Positions 11,976 to 25,639 are shown, counted from the first letter of the stretch. The stretch is 64,000 nucleotides of DNA from Octopus sinensis (GCF_006345805.1 NC_043001.1:125488001-125552000); one strand, 5' to 3'. Program-made: numbers and translations. The notes: generated from the letters alone by a model not told the origin.

Positions 11976-12711
11976 CTTACGTATATTGGTTGTTAGTCTT
12001 GCAATGCCTAAATGAAATGTTAACTTAACAGTATATACTCTGGTGTAGGTACGGGTATAGTACAGACGCATGTATGGCTGTATGGGAAGAAATTTGCTTT
12101 TCAGCTACATGGTTTTGGGTTCAATCTTATTGCATGGCACCTTTGGCAAGTGTCTTCTACTATGGTTCCAAACCAGCCAAAGCCCTGTGAGTTGATTTGG
12201 TGGATGAAACTGAAAGAAGCCTGATAAATGTATATGTATGTGTGTATGTGTGTTTGCGTGTGTTACTGTCTCTTACTTTAATGTCGTGTGGTAGTTTGTA
12301 AAGAAGTTTTACTGTCATTTAAACAGTGTCCTTTGTTTCTTCAGTGAAACTGTCTGATCATAGAGGCTCTCTAATTTGGAGATTCTCGAAAGCAATTTTC
12401 AAAATTTACTCACAAAATCGAAGTGCACAAAACATCTGCCATTCAAAGTTCATGAATCTTTTGTGGAAACATCTGATCATGATCATGGGGAAATATTACT
12501 TTACTTTGAAACAGGCAAGGGTTGGTGACAAGAAGGGCATTTGGCCATAGAGAATCTACTTCAACGAGGTTCTGTCTGACCCATACAGACATAAGAAAGT
12601 GGACACTGAAATAATGGTGGTGGTGGCACTGGTGGTGGTGATGGTCAATTACTGGGAATGATAGGCAAAAATTTGCTTCATGTACAGAAGAGAATTTATC
12701 ACTCATTCACT

Positions 12712-13140
12712 TCATCATCATCATCATCATCGTTTAACGTCCGTTCTCCATGCTAGCATGGGTTGGACGGTTCGACCGGGGATCTGGGAAGCCAGAAGGC
12801 TGCACCAGGCTCCAGTCTGATCTGGCAGTGTTTCTACAGCTGGATGCCCTTCCTAACGCCAACCACTCCAAGAGTGTAGTGGGTGCTTTTTACGAGCCAC
12901 CGGCATAGGTGCCAGGCAAGGCTGGCAATGGCCATGATCGGATGGTGCTTTTTACATGCCACCGGCACGGAAGCCAGTCTAGGCAGCGCTGGCATCGGCC
13001 ACGTTTGGATGGTGCTTTTTACGTGCCACCGGCACAGGTGTCACAACTGCAGTTTCCATTGATCTTTGATGTTGGTGTCCTTGACTCAATGGATCTCCTC
13101 AAGCACAGGGTCAAAATGGTGTTTCTTTACTTGCCACCTG
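12712..13140 (-). mobile_element. Family C copy with three minisatellite units
   Basis: Near-identical tail to 51120-51262 and 5680. Confidence 0.8.
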
Positions 13141-14419
13141 CACTTCCTAGTTATGAAACTAGAACCATGCAAGATTTTTAAGGCTAAAGACTTGTTAGGT
13201 TGAAAGGGTATCGAATTTTTACATGGAATTTTTATGTAAGTGAAAGCAGAACACAAGACACACGTCCCACCCACCCCATCTGCTGGTAAGCATTTTCAAC
13301 AGAGACGACTGAAGTAACATAAATGAAGGGCAGGACATGACATGCCACCCAAACTGAGAAACAAGCTTATAACATAACAATCACGAATCCAACACCTTAA
13401 CCATTAGGCCACATACCTTTAATATGTAGGTACAGGTTCTGAAAAACCCATTTGGAGTCCAACAGAGATATTTGTACAGATACATTATAAATATACTGGC
13501 AAAGCACTCCTTTCTTACATACAAATGTTATTTTTTTTATTCATTCTTAATATAAAATGTTGGTTTTCTTCTTTTCTTTCCATTTATTTGCCAAAAAAAA
13601 AATTTGTTTTTCTAATTTTCGCTTTTAGTTTTTCCCACTTTGCTATTATGTTTTTCCTTTTTCAATTTCTAAATTATATTTTTAAAGGAAAACAAATTTT
13701 ATTTAAATAAGTAAATAAATAAAATCCAACATAGATAAGTTGGCAATTATAAAGGCGCCTCACTGTTTTGAATACAGTATGAAATTAAATGGCTTTTGAT
13801 GCAGTAAATAAAATATTTATTACGTTCAAGCGAAGGGTGTAAACAAAAAAATAAAAAAGGGTTTTGTTGATTTTCTTCATATTGTTTACTTTGAAGATGA
13901 AAAACAATGTGGTTATCAATTATGTTTGTTGTTATTCATTAATAATGGTGATGGTGGTGGTGGTGGTAATGGTTATAGTGGCAGTGGTAGTTGTGGTGGC
14001 AGCAGCAGTGGTGGTGGTGGTCAATGATGGTGATGATTGTTGTTTGTTGTTGTAGTGGTGGTGGTTGTGGTGGTAGTGGTGGTGCTGCTGCTGCTGATGA
14101 TGATGATGATAGCAGTAATGTAAATATTGCTTCTATTGTTTTTTCAGACATACATCAATGTTTTGTTTTCTTTCAATGTTATTTTCTCATGGATTTTTAT
14201 GTGTGTATGTATGTGTGTATGTGTATTTCATCATCATCATCATCATCATTGTCATCATCATCACCATAGCCATCATCATCATCATTTTCATCATAATTAT
14301 GCCACTTGTTTTCCATGTTAGTATGGGTTGCATAAATCTACAATATGATGTTATCGCAATTCTTATAGAATTTCGTCTGGTTAGATTATTATGATTATTA
14401 TAAGACTCTATAAATGCAT

Positions 14420-15110
14420 ATGACCTAGGTTCACCACAGAATCAGGGTTACCAGCTCAATAATCTCAGGTCACTAGTATAGATGTGGTGACCATTGACCA
14501 GAATAGAATCTCTGAACCCTGAGACTTTATGCTCATTTTCAGTGGATACAAGGTGTATGCATCTCCAAGTCAAATGGTGTTCTAGTTGCTGTGTTCTTTC
14601 AGAAGGGCTGGATCTCATAATATGGGGCCAGAAGGTAAGCTGTTGGTACTAGATGTGACCAGCTGTGAAGGCCATACCTTTAGACTATCAGCCATCTATG
14701 CCCCTACAGGAATTGGGCAACCTCATTTCTTTAGGCATCTGAAGGGTTTCTTTAGTGCTAGTGTGAGATTGGAATGGTTTATCAGATGTATACAAAGATT
14801 ACGTAGGTTTAGCCTGTTAGAGTGGTAGTATGAAAGTCTCACAAACCTGCTTGGATGTTTCCAACCCTTTGCAGCTCCTGATAGGATTTCCCAAATATGT
14901 TAATCTCAACATCAACGACCACATCAGGTCATCCAAATTGTATCTAGATAGTGTATTATGTAGATCAGATGACTGGAATAGAGTAGATCGTCCACAATTC
15001 AACACTACACATTTGTGGTCTGTACTGTCACCTAGATAGACTTTGAAGTTAGGGACCTAGTTCTGAGAAGCTAAATGCATTGTTCCAAGTATGTCAAGCT
15101 TCCAGAGGGC
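14420..15110 (+). mobile_element. L1/Tx1-type LINE apurinic-like endonuclease relic
   Basis: PEGKLLVLDVT...FRLSAIYAPTG...FFRHL and SKLYLDSVL, matching the APE GR...D / IYAP / SR.D motifs; frameshifted. Confidence 0.7.
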
Positions 15111-15951
15111 TCAAAGCAGAATCAATAAGCAGAATACTTGCTATAACAATATTTCTGCTTCAGCAACTTGACACTGAATCTGTCTGAAATGTAATGGAAA
15201 ATGGGTCAGCTTCAAAACATTGGCATCCAGGCTGCAAAAGCAAAGTTTGAAGGGAATGATAGTGATTTCCTTTATATTCTAGATAGAAGTGAATGGGATG
15301 TAACATTTTACTAACCAAAGACAACAGATATAAATTTTGTTACACAGTGTTATTATGGTAAACTAAATCAGCTAGCAATAATGACAATAGTAGTAGCAGT
15401 AGTTGTTGTTTTTACCTCCAGATTACAACTTGGGTCAATCAAATTTGTGATAAAAAGCATTTTGGTCATGACTATTTCGTCTTTTTGAGGGTATCTAGGA
15501 CTACATTATCAAATATGTTCTCTTTTTTAAGATGGTGGAGTTGGATTTGAAAGAGATTTGAATGCTATTTCTAGCAGATCAAACTTCTTCATAAAAACTT
15601 CCATGGTAGTATAGTAAGTGGATGAATATTTGGAGAACAAAGCATGTAATAGCTACAGATGGCAACAGAGAAGAAGTATCAAGATACATGTTAGTCTGAT
15701 TCTTATGGGAATCCGGCTGGAAATGGCTTAAGCATTTCCATGACATTCTTTGAAACCAGCAACAAATGTAGAAGTTTCATGAATACAGAAAATCTTTAAT
15801 ATAAATAATAGCTACATAAGTTATAAAACAAGAGAGAGGAGGAAGAAAAAGAGAGAGAGGTGTAAAATACATCTTATCTCTAATGGGGATCAAAGAGGTT
15901 ATAATTACAGAACTTCAAGTAAACAGTCTGTATTTAAATTTTACAAATATA

Positions 15952-16365
15952 GGCACAGGAGTGGCTGTGTGGTAAGTAGCTTGCTAACCAACCACATGGT
16001 TCCGGGTTCAGTCCCACTGCATGGCATCTTGGGCAAGTGTCTTCTGCTATAGCCCCGGGCCGACCAATGCCTTGTGAGTGGATTTGGTAGATGGAAACTG
16101 AAAGAAGCCTGTCGTATATATGTATATATATATATGTATGTGTGTGTGTGTGTGTTTGTGTGTCTGTGTTTGTCCCCCTAGCATTGCTTGACAACTGATG
16201 CTGGTGTGTTTACGTCCCCGTCACTTAGCGGTTCGGCAAAAGAGACCAATAGAATAAGTACTGGGCTTACAAAGAATAAGTCCCGGGGTCAATTTGCTCG
16301 ACTAAAGGCGGTGCTCCAGCATGGCCGCAGTCAAATGACTGAAACAAGTAAAAGAGTAAAAGAGT
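15952..16365 (+). mobile_element. SINE family A, full length
   Basis: Same head, internal microsatellite and tail as 8682. Confidence 0.9.
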
Positions 16366-17015
16366 ATAGCATATATATCAATATGACATAGATGAGAAAG
16401 AAAGAGGCAAAAAAAAAATACCTTACTTTTGTAAAATTAGACAAAAAGCAAAGTTGAATATTGTAGCAATATAGAATTTTAAACAAACAAGAGGCGTGGA
16501 TGTAAGATCTCTGAAAACCACATTTGTGAAGTATGTGACATATCTTCAATTCTCTGTAATAGTCATTTCATTTCACTTCCATCTCTAATACCCATAGAAA
16601 AGCATTAATGCTATTCTGTTTTAGTATTACCACACTCCTATAATAATAATGATGATGATGGTGATGATGATGATGATGATGATAATAATAATAATAATAA
16701 TAATAATATTAATAATGGTAATAATAATCCTTTCTGCTAAAGGCACAAAGCCTGAAATTTGTGGGGAGGGGGCTAGTCGATTGCATCAACCCCAGTGCTC
16801 CACTGGTACTCAATTTATCGATCCCAAAAGGATGAAAGGCAAAGTCGACTTTGGCGGAATTTGAACCCAGAACATAATGACAGGTGAAATGATGCTGCCA
16901 GCTTGACGCCTTAATAATAATAATGCTATTCTATTCTAGCAGATCAAGTTTCTTCATAAAGACTTCCATTGTATATGTGTATATGTATATGTGATATATA
17001 TATATATATATATAT

Positions 17016-17042
<27 letters not shown>

Positions 17043-17047
<5 letters not shown>

Positions 17048-17146
17048 TTTATAATGGTATAAAATACAATTATAATTAAGGGCATACAAGAGACTATGCT
17101 TATATGTCCTTAATTATAATTGTATTGTATACTATTATAAATCTCT
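17043..17146. repeat. Hairpin (MITE-like) element in (AG)n/(TA)n
   Basis: 44-bp arms 17043-17086 and 17103-17146 with 3 mismatches. Confidence 0.8.
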
Positions 17147-17229
17147 ATATATGAGATCACCTTAATAGGTCTACATTATATGCTGGCCACTGATAAAATC
17201 TGTAACCGTTTTATCCTTTATCATCATCA

Positions 17230-17283
<54 letters not shown>

Positions 17284-18499
17284 AAATCATCATTTAATAC
17301 CCATTGTCTATGCTGGCATGGGTTGGAGGGTGTGACTAGAACTGGTAAGCTGGAGGACTGCATTAGACTCCAGTCTGATTTGACATGGTTTTTATGGCTT
17401 TATGCTCTTCCTAATGCCAACCACTTTACAGATTGTGCTGGGTGCCTTTACATGGCACTGCACAATTGCCTTTAGGCACCACCAGTTTCCATCTACTATA
17501 TTCATTTACGAGGCATTAGTCAACCTTGAGCTGCAGCAGAAGATGTTTGTCCATGGTGCTGTGCTATGGCACTGGACCCAAAGCCATGCAGTTACAAAGT
17601 GAGCTTCTTAATTACACAGTCATGCCTGCACTTATCTTGAAATAAAAGACTTATTAGATGTCACTTGTGTACAAGGTGAATTGTTTCATGGGCAACAAGA
17701 TGAAGATCTTGAATGAAGTTTGTGACAGAAGAAAATTATTAATCAAGATTCAGTAGTTTTATTTTTCCATATATCTGGTTACTCTAGCATGGTTGCAATT
17801 CAATGACTGAAACAAGTAAAAGATACAAAATATTTTCTATTAATTGTATCGTCACTTTGTTCTGTTCACTTTCTGGGTCATTTAAAAAAAAAAAAGAAAA
17901 ACAGAACCTAAAAAAAGAATAACATTAAAAAAAAAAGAATGAAATATGCAGAAAATATTTTGATGGGTAACAAATTAATTTTATATCTTGCTAATGAATT
18001 TAATTGTCTATAATGATTAAGCGTTCAAGATGTCAGCAGTTGTCAATTAAGATTAAAATACTGCAGCAACGGCAACAGTATTAATGGTGATTCACCAATA
18101 ATTCATATACCAGCTTTGGCCAAGTTGTTTGATAAGAAAAGCCATATCTGATTTTCTTTTTTTATTTTTAACATTCTAATGCTACAATGTATATTTTTAA
18201 ATTCACATTTATGAATGAGAAAATCTACCACTAAGTAGTTATATTCACTAGAGTATATTGATTAATTCCTTCTTGTTGAGCACTTATATTAGGTCATCAT
18301 TTTTGTCTTAATAATTTAGAATCTGGATGGTAATATATTGGAACTGTTTCAAGCTAAATAACACTAAAATCCTGTTATCACAGGAGCCACATACAAGCTG
18401 TTTGGGGTGAATTTGACAGTTTGCATAAAAGAGGGAAAAAACACAATATCCTATCTAAAATTAAAGGATTTTAAAAAACCAAATGATATCATCTAGATT

Positions 18500-19460
18500 A
18501 TGGTTGGAAGATAACAGTTTACTCAAAGATTATTATAACATATTTGAGATAACATTTTACTCTCAGCTTCCACCACGGCCTCAAGATGGCTCTGAAACTT
18601 GGTGCATTCATTCCTCACTGTGTTCCTGAGAAGATCTTCAAACATCTCCTCGATCATGGCCACCAGTTCAGCCTTGGTGTTGCAAGCAGAGTGGTTGGTG
18701 TCTTTCTCAACCACACCCCACACAGTAATCCATGGAATTACAACTGGAGCAATTAGGAGAACAGAAATTAGGACTGGTGAATTTGTAGAAATTCTCTGAC
18801 AACCACTTCTGAGAATTTCCAGGAGTATGCTAAGGAGCCAAATCCTGCTGCCACATGTATGACCTTCCAGCAGCAACTCTCTAAAACCAGGATTTGACCA
18901 CAGTCTCCAGCAGCTTCACATGTATTTCTTTACTACCCACAAGGGGCTAAACACAGAGAGGACAAACAAGGACAGACAGACGGATTAAGTCGATTACATC
19001 GACCCCAGCGCGTAACTGGTACTTAATTTATCGACCCCGAAAGGATGAAAGGCAAAGTCGACCTCGGCGGAATTTGAACTCAGAACGGAACGGCAGACGA
19101 AATATCGCCAAGCATATAGCCCGGAGTGCTAACGCTTCTGCAAGCTCGCCGCCTTCACATTGCCATCTGAATTGAGCTTAAAGCTCTGCTCAAAGATGAG
19201 GGGCAGCTGGATGTTACCTTCATTGGAGACATGCCCAAAGACCATTAAAGTTTGCGAGAACTTGGTTTTCATGATGTTCCTGTCATGTCTTACAGCCTTT
19301 ACAATGTTCACAGAGCATTTAGCAGGAGTTATGGGGTCAGCATTTTGGTACCTGGAGCAAGTCATCATGATATATGCAACTGTTTCCCAACAATCAAATC
19401 CTCCATGTCAGTTAACTTTTTCTCAACTACAACTTTAATCTTTGTGCCTTCCAACACTCT
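18500..19460 (-). mobile_element. maT/Tc1-mariner (DD37D-like) transposase relic, split by a SINE
   Basis: MKTKFSQTLMVFGHVSNEG...FEQSFKLNSDGNV|KLLETVVKSW...VWGVVEKDTN...LEAVVEAE. Interrupted at 18922-19153. Confidence 0.75.
18922..19153 (-). mobile_element. SINE family B, tail type 1, inserted in the maT relic, 7-bp TSD
   Basis: TTCACAT at 18915-18921 and 19154-19160. Other tail-1 copies at 24920-25130, 54765-54990 and 63835-64000. Confidence 0.9.
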
Positions 19461-19551
19461 GTGTATGTGTGTGTGTGTGTGTGCTTGTATGTGTGTGCAT
19501 GTATATATGTATGTATATATATGTATATGTACATATATATGTATGTATGTG

Positions 19552-19587
<36 letters not shown>

Positions 19588-19669
19588 GCATTCAAAATGT
19601 GACCGCGTGTGTACCGTTGGCGATTTTTTTTCCTCTGTCTTCCTTTCTCTGGATCTTTCCTTCTCCTAT

Positions 19670-19704
19670 GTTTCCGACGAAGAGCTCCGCTCGAAGCATT
19701 AAAC
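19670..19704 (+). ncRNA. Degenerate hammerhead-like motif in a TA-flanked mini element (about 19590-19810)
   Basis: GTTT CCGACGA AGAGC-TCC-GCTC GAAGC AT T AAAC. Helices I and II pair; the core carries substitutions. Confidence 0.5.
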
Positions 19705-19810
19705 CCTCCTTCTTTCCTTCTTTCCTGAGCGCCAATAATACTATATTTGTTCCACCTTGCGTTTTGTGTTTTTTTGTGCTTCTTGTTTGGATTACTTATA
19801 TATTGTTTAT

Positions 19811-19846
<36 letters not shown>

Positions 19847-19859
19847 ATATAATATATAT

Positions 19860-19906
<47 letters not shown>

Positions 19907-19915
19907 TATAGAAGG

Positions 19916-19963
19916 AGCTTCTACAGGACTAGAACTGTTTCATTCAAGAGAAATCTTCAGGAA
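19916..19963 (-). ncRNA. Second copy of the 23817 hammerhead, helix I shortened
   Basis: Identical to 23820-23867 on the opposite strand. The upstream sequence differs, leaving only a 3-bp helix I (TTC/GAA). Confidence 0.7.
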
Positions 19964-20245
19964 CAAGATCTCAGAACACTCCCCAAATTGTATGCATAAG
20001 AATTATGCAAACTACAAGAACTATAGACCTACCCGGCAACCAGATTGATGACACCCCACCCACAAAACCCCCCCAATCCCACCGTTCCCCTAGCACCCCT
20101 GATTACCTTTTCTCCTAAGACCTTTCACATATTGTATGTGCACGCTTGTATATGTGTATCGTATATATGTATAGAAATGTATGGGTATAGTAGGAATATA
20201 CGCATGTATTATGTGTGTGTGTGTGTGTGTATGTATGTAAAAAAA

Positions 20246-20279
<34 letters not shown>

Positions 20280-21099
20280 GTGTGTGTGTGTGGTGTGTAT
20301 ATATGTATATATGTATATATGTGTGTATGCATATGTATGTGTATATGTAGGTGTGTATGTATGTGTATGTATGTATAAAATATTATATAATTAGGGCTTA
20401 GTAAAATAAATTACTTTGCCACATACTGAACTTTCTAGAAATAGCAGCCAAAAAAGTTTTTTAGCCTCTTCCACTACTTAAAGAATATTTTCTCTCAGAC
20501 ATTGTTTACTCAAAAAAATAATGGTCCTTTTACATACTGAATACTTGATGAAATTGATTAATAACTAATTAACTTTACCCTCATTGTTGATATATATATA
20601 TATTGTATATATTATATATATAATATATATATATAATGTATGTGTGTGTGTGTGCATATATATATATATATGTGTGTGTGTATATATGTGATTTATATGT
20701 ATGTATATATTATTGTATATGTATGTGTGTTGTATATGATATTTAATATATATATAATATAAGTGTACGCGAGTATGTCGATGTATATGTAGGTATGTAG
20801 AGTTATTTGTAATGTGCATGTATGTGTGTGTATATACAGATTGTAGATGGGTATATATATGTGTTGTATATATACATATATATATGTATATGTATTGTGT
20901 GGTGTATATATATAATATATATATAATAAATATTGGAATAAATCCAAATTTAACAGGGAAAAAATCAGATTTAGGATTAAATCCAATTTTATAGTAAAAT
21001 ATTATAAATATTATTAGAGACAAAACCACTATTTGCAAAAACAAGGAAAGACTTAATCAATACATAAAATTTTAATAAATAGTCAAAAAAACCAAACCG

Positions 21100-21141
21100 C
21101 CACTACAATGTTTCTTGTCCTTGATCGACAATCTTCGGTGG
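21100..21141 (-). ncRNA. Damaged inverted copy of the 21200 hammerhead
   Basis: The minus strand reads CCAC CGAAGA TTGTC GATCAAG GACAA GAAAC ATT GTA GTGG, with single-base indels in the core, loop 2 and helix III. Confidence 0.7.
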
Positions 21142-21199
21142 ACTTCCAATAAGTCAGTTTTCAAATTACTTCATAATTTGAAACTGACTTATTGGAAGT

Positions 21200-21242
21200 C
21201 CACCTGAAGATTGTCGATCAAGACAAGAAACAATTGTAGTGG
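21200..21242 (+). ncRNA. Minimal type I hammerhead ribozyme, intact core
   Basis: CCAC CTGAAGA TTGTC-GATCAA-GACAA GAAAC AATT GTA GTGG. All three helices pair and helix III is the palindrome ACAATTGT. It lies in the right arm of a 340-bp palindrome. Confidence 0.85.
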
Positions 21243-21551
21243 CGGTTTTTTGACTATTTATTAAAATTTTTGTATTGATTAAGTCTTTCCTTGTTTGTTT
21301 TGCAAAATAGTGGTTTTGTCTCTAATAATATTTTATAATATATATATATTTATATGTATATTGGGTATGTAGATTATACGTATGTGCATGTGTAATGTAT
21401 GTATATGTACATATATATATATATGTATGTGTATGTGTATGTAGGTATATATATAGTGTGTGTGTGTGGTATGTGTGTATATGTATATGTATGTGTATGT
21501 ATGTATGTGTATATGTATGTATATGTAGGTGTATATGTGTATATGTGTATA

Positions 21552-21596
<45 letters not shown>

Positions 21597-22117
21597 ATAT
21601 ATATATATGTGTGGTATGTGTATGTGTGTGTATGTATATGTATGTATATGTGTGTATGTGGTGTATTGTTGTTTGTTTGTTTTTGTTTTTCCAGTTTAGC
21701 TCTTGAGCTGTGGCCATGCTGGGGCAAGCCATTGTGGTGAAAGAGTACAGCAGGGATCACCACCCCCTGCCAGAGCCTCGTAGAGCTTTTAGGTGTTTTC
21801 GCTCAATAAACACAACACAACGCCCAGTCTGAGAATCGAAACCTCGATCCTGCGACCGCGAGTCCGCTGCCCTAACCACTAGGCCATTGCGCCTCTACGC
21901 AATAAAAAATATATATGGATATATAAAAATATATAAAAATATATATGGATATATATATATATATATGTATATATGTGTGTATGTATATGTATGTATGTAT
22001 ATATATGTGTGTGTATGTGTATGTGTATATGTACATATACGTGTACGCTCGTGTGTTTATGTATATGTAGGTACGTAGAGTTATGTATGTGTGTATGTAT
22101 ATGTACATATGTGTAGG

Positions 22118-22148
<31 letters not shown>

Positions 22149-22510
22149 GTGCGTAAGTTTATATGTATGTATCCGTCTGTATAATGGGTAACTGCACGTA
22201 CATATACTTAATATTTATTATTTATTTTTTGAGTATGCATGTATGAATAACTGCGCGTATATATACTTTATTATTTATTTTTTGAGTATGCATGTAAGTA
22301 TGAATATAAGGAGGCGCGTGTGTGTGTGTGTATGTGTAAGCATAGAGATATATGTATACTTTTACGCATGTGTGTACTTATGTGTATATATGGATGCGCG
22401 TGTGTGTGTGTGTGTATGGGTACGCATGTACATGTGTATGTGCGTGTATGTGTATATGCGTATGTATGTGTGTGTGTATATTTGTATATGTATGTATATG
22501 TATGTATGCG

Positions 22511-22555
<45 letters not shown>

Positions 22556-22706
22556 ATGTATATGTGTATGTGTATGTATTTGTATGTGTACGCATGCGCG
22601 TATATATATGTATGTATATGTATACGTGTAGGTGTTGTATGTGTATATATGTATGTATGTATGGATTGTATGTATGTATGTATGCGTGTATATGTGTATG
22701 TATATG

Positions 22707-22756
<50 letters not shown>

Positions 22757-23516
22757 TATATAATATATATATTATATATATTTATATATGTATGTATTTG
22801 TATGTAGGTGTATATGTATGTGTGTATATATATTTATTGGTGTATATGTATAGACTAGCCTTCTAAGAGTGTAGACATGAATCTGTAGGTACGCGTACGT
22901 ATGTGTATATACGTGAATGTATGTAGATGTATGTATGTATGAATATAACGCGTGCGTGCGTGTATGCGTATGAGTGTACGAATGAGTGAGTGTGCGTGCT
23001 AATGAGTGTGCGTGCGTGAATGAGTGCTTGTTTTCAAGTAGAAAGATAAATGGACTTGCTGTCATAGCCAAGATGCTTGTGACCAGCGGTCAAAGATAAC
23101 AAAAGTAATAAATGAAGATAATAAAATTAAAATTAGGGAATGGGTCTGTATTTGTATGTAAATGTGTTTATGTGTAGGTATGTATAGGTACACATATGTA
23201 TATATTATATATATATATGTATATATATGTATATGTGTGTATGTGTATATCGTGTATATAGGGACTTGTGTTGTGTGTGCATGTGTGTATGTGGATATAT
23301 GTGTGGTATGCGTGTATGTGTATGTGTGTGTAGGTATATATTTTTATGTGTGTATATGTATGTGTGGTCGTGTGTGTATATATACATGTGTGTGTGTATA
23401 TGTGTATGCATATGTGTGTGTGTGTGTATATATATATGTATATATATATATGTGTGTATATATAGATATATATATATGTATATATATGTGTAGATATATG
23501 TATGTATGTGTATGTG

Positions 23517-23547
<31 letters not shown>

Positions 23548-23816
23548 ATGTATGTGTGTATGTATATGTGTGTGTGTGTGTGTATATATGTATACATATG
23601 TGTATAGTATAAGTGAGAATCTCCTTATTTACCTAAAACTCGATTCTTTATATTATTTTTTTATTCTTTTATTTATTCTTTTATCTAATTTACCACTGAC
23701 TCCTTGACCACTCCCCCAAGTATGATATTTTGCGCTATGCCTACCCCCAAAAAGTCCCCCACCACCACCCCTTTAAACTGCCTAAATGTATAAATGCCAA
23801 TACAATTCTTGTAACT

Positions 23817-23867
23817 AGCTTCCTGAAGATTTCTCTTGAATGAAACAGTTCTAGTCCTGTAGAAGCT
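23817..23867 (+). ncRNA. Type I hammerhead ribozyme, intact core
   Basis: AGCTTC CTGAAGA TTTC-TCTT-GAAT GAAACAG TTCTAGTC CTGT A GAAGCT. Helix I is 6 bp, helix III is 4 bp, the triplet is GUA, and there is a U-U at 10.1/11.1. Confidence 0.8.
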
Positions 23868-23979
23868 CCTTCTATATAATAAATTAATTTTACTCTGCTA
23901 TGTATTGAGTACCTTATTACTGTGGTTAACCCCGAATCAACCCGGGACATACATTATATATATATATATATATACGCAC

Positions 23980-24011
<32 letters not shown>

Positions 24012-25639
24012 ATATATATATATATATACATCTTTTACTTATTTCAGTCATTAGATAGCAGCTATGCTATAACAGAAGTCACTTGCCCAAGGTGTTGTGC
24101 AGTGAGACTGAACCCAGAACCATGTGATTGCAAGCAAGCTTCTTAATCACACAACTATGCTTGCACCTATATTCACAAAGCCACACTCCCACATATAGCT
24201 ATATGTGTGTGTTTTACATATATATATACACACACACATACATTTATATAGGATATATATGATAACTAGCATCTCTGCCACTTAATTTTAAATGTCAAGC
24301 TAGAATCAAATCAGCTACGATGCCTCTGTTGCTTTATCCTTTCTTTGATGTATTCTGGAATAGTCTACTACTTTCCATTGTTCTAATCCACAAATTAAAA
24401 AAAAAATGCACTTCTCTTTCTATTGAATACTTAGTGAAGCTTTGATATTTTCCATTTCTTTTACCTCTGGAATGTTCCATGGGAAAAGAAAAAAAAATAT
24501 AAAATATAAAAGGCAAATAAAATGTGTTATCTGAATGTCTGACTGTGTGTGTGTAGGTGATGTAGAGGAGAGAATATGAAACTGTTTGCATTTGTGCGTG
24601 GGTGAATAAATATATAGGGAACCAAACTGGCAGCATCGTTATAGTGCCTGATAGAATTTATCCTTGCAGTATATTTCTTCCAGCATTCGGTGCTCTGTGT
24701 TCAAATACTGTCAAGATCAACTTTGCCTTTTATCCTTCCAGAATGAAAGCTCCAGAAAAATACTGGGATTAATACTTCTCTTTCTTTCTCTCTCTCATTC
24801 TCTCTCCCTCTCTCTCTCTAAGACCTGGCTACATTGTACCATGAGAAGGGTCATACAGGACCTCTTACAATGTCGCTTCCTCTAGAATTGGAGATGGCTT
24901 GAATGAGGAATTAGCAACCTATTTCTTTACTACCCACAAGGGGCTAAACACAGAGGGAACAAACAAGGACAGACAAACGGATTAAGTCGATTACATCAAC
25001 CCCAGTGCGTAACTGGTACTGAATTTATCGACCCCAAAAGGATGAAAGGCAAAGTCGACCTCGGTGGAATTTGAACTCAGAACGTAACAGCAGACGAAAT
25101 ACGGCTACGCATTTCGCCCGGCGTGTAGCAACCATCATCATCATCATCATCCGTTTTCCATGCTGGCATGGGTTAGACAGTTTGATTGGATCTGGTAAGT
25201 CAGTAAGCTGCACTAGGCTCCAGTCTGTTCTGGCTTGGCTTCTACAGTGAATTGCCCTTCTTAACACCAACCATTCTCTAGGTGTCTTTACTGTGTGTTG
25301 CCAGTACAGGTGCTTTTTATGTGTCACAGGTACAGATGCCTTTTACGTCTTACCGGCACAGGTGCCCTTTACATGTCAACGCCACTGGCCACAGCCATGA
25401 TTTCACTTAGCTTGATGTGTTTTCTCAAGCATAGCAAATCTTGCAAAGTTGTGAACAGTATTTGATGAAATTTGCAAGAAAAGTTGGTAATTACACAAGG
25501 AACAGATGATGAAATCTTGGTAGTGATTCGGGAATTTATATGGATTAGTGAAGGATTTTTCATTTGTAATATTTACTTTACATGAAGTATTATTGTTACG
25601 TTCTTTGCTTATCTCCCTTGAAAACACGTTCATCGTTTC

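Larger units (their letters stand above)
21001..21339. repeat. Near-perfect 340-bp palindrome (head-to-head Penelope-like LTR fragments)
   Basis: Arms 21001-21168 and 21174-21339 with the 5-nt loop CTTCA. The arms differ essentially by small indels. Flanked by TA-rich tracts. Confidence 0.9.
19450..24250. repeat. About 4.8-kb compound (TA)n/(TG)n/(CA)n low-complexity block hosting mini elements
   Basis: Direct reading. This block is the source of many spurious I/Y/H/T/C/V-rich ORFs. Confidence 0.95.

Noticed and set aside
13035-13110. Minus-strand TTGAGGA...CATTGA/TCAATG-GAAAC-TGCA-GTT hammerhead look-alike
   Set aside because: The core is not CUGANGA, helix I does not pair, and other family C copies do not conserve it.
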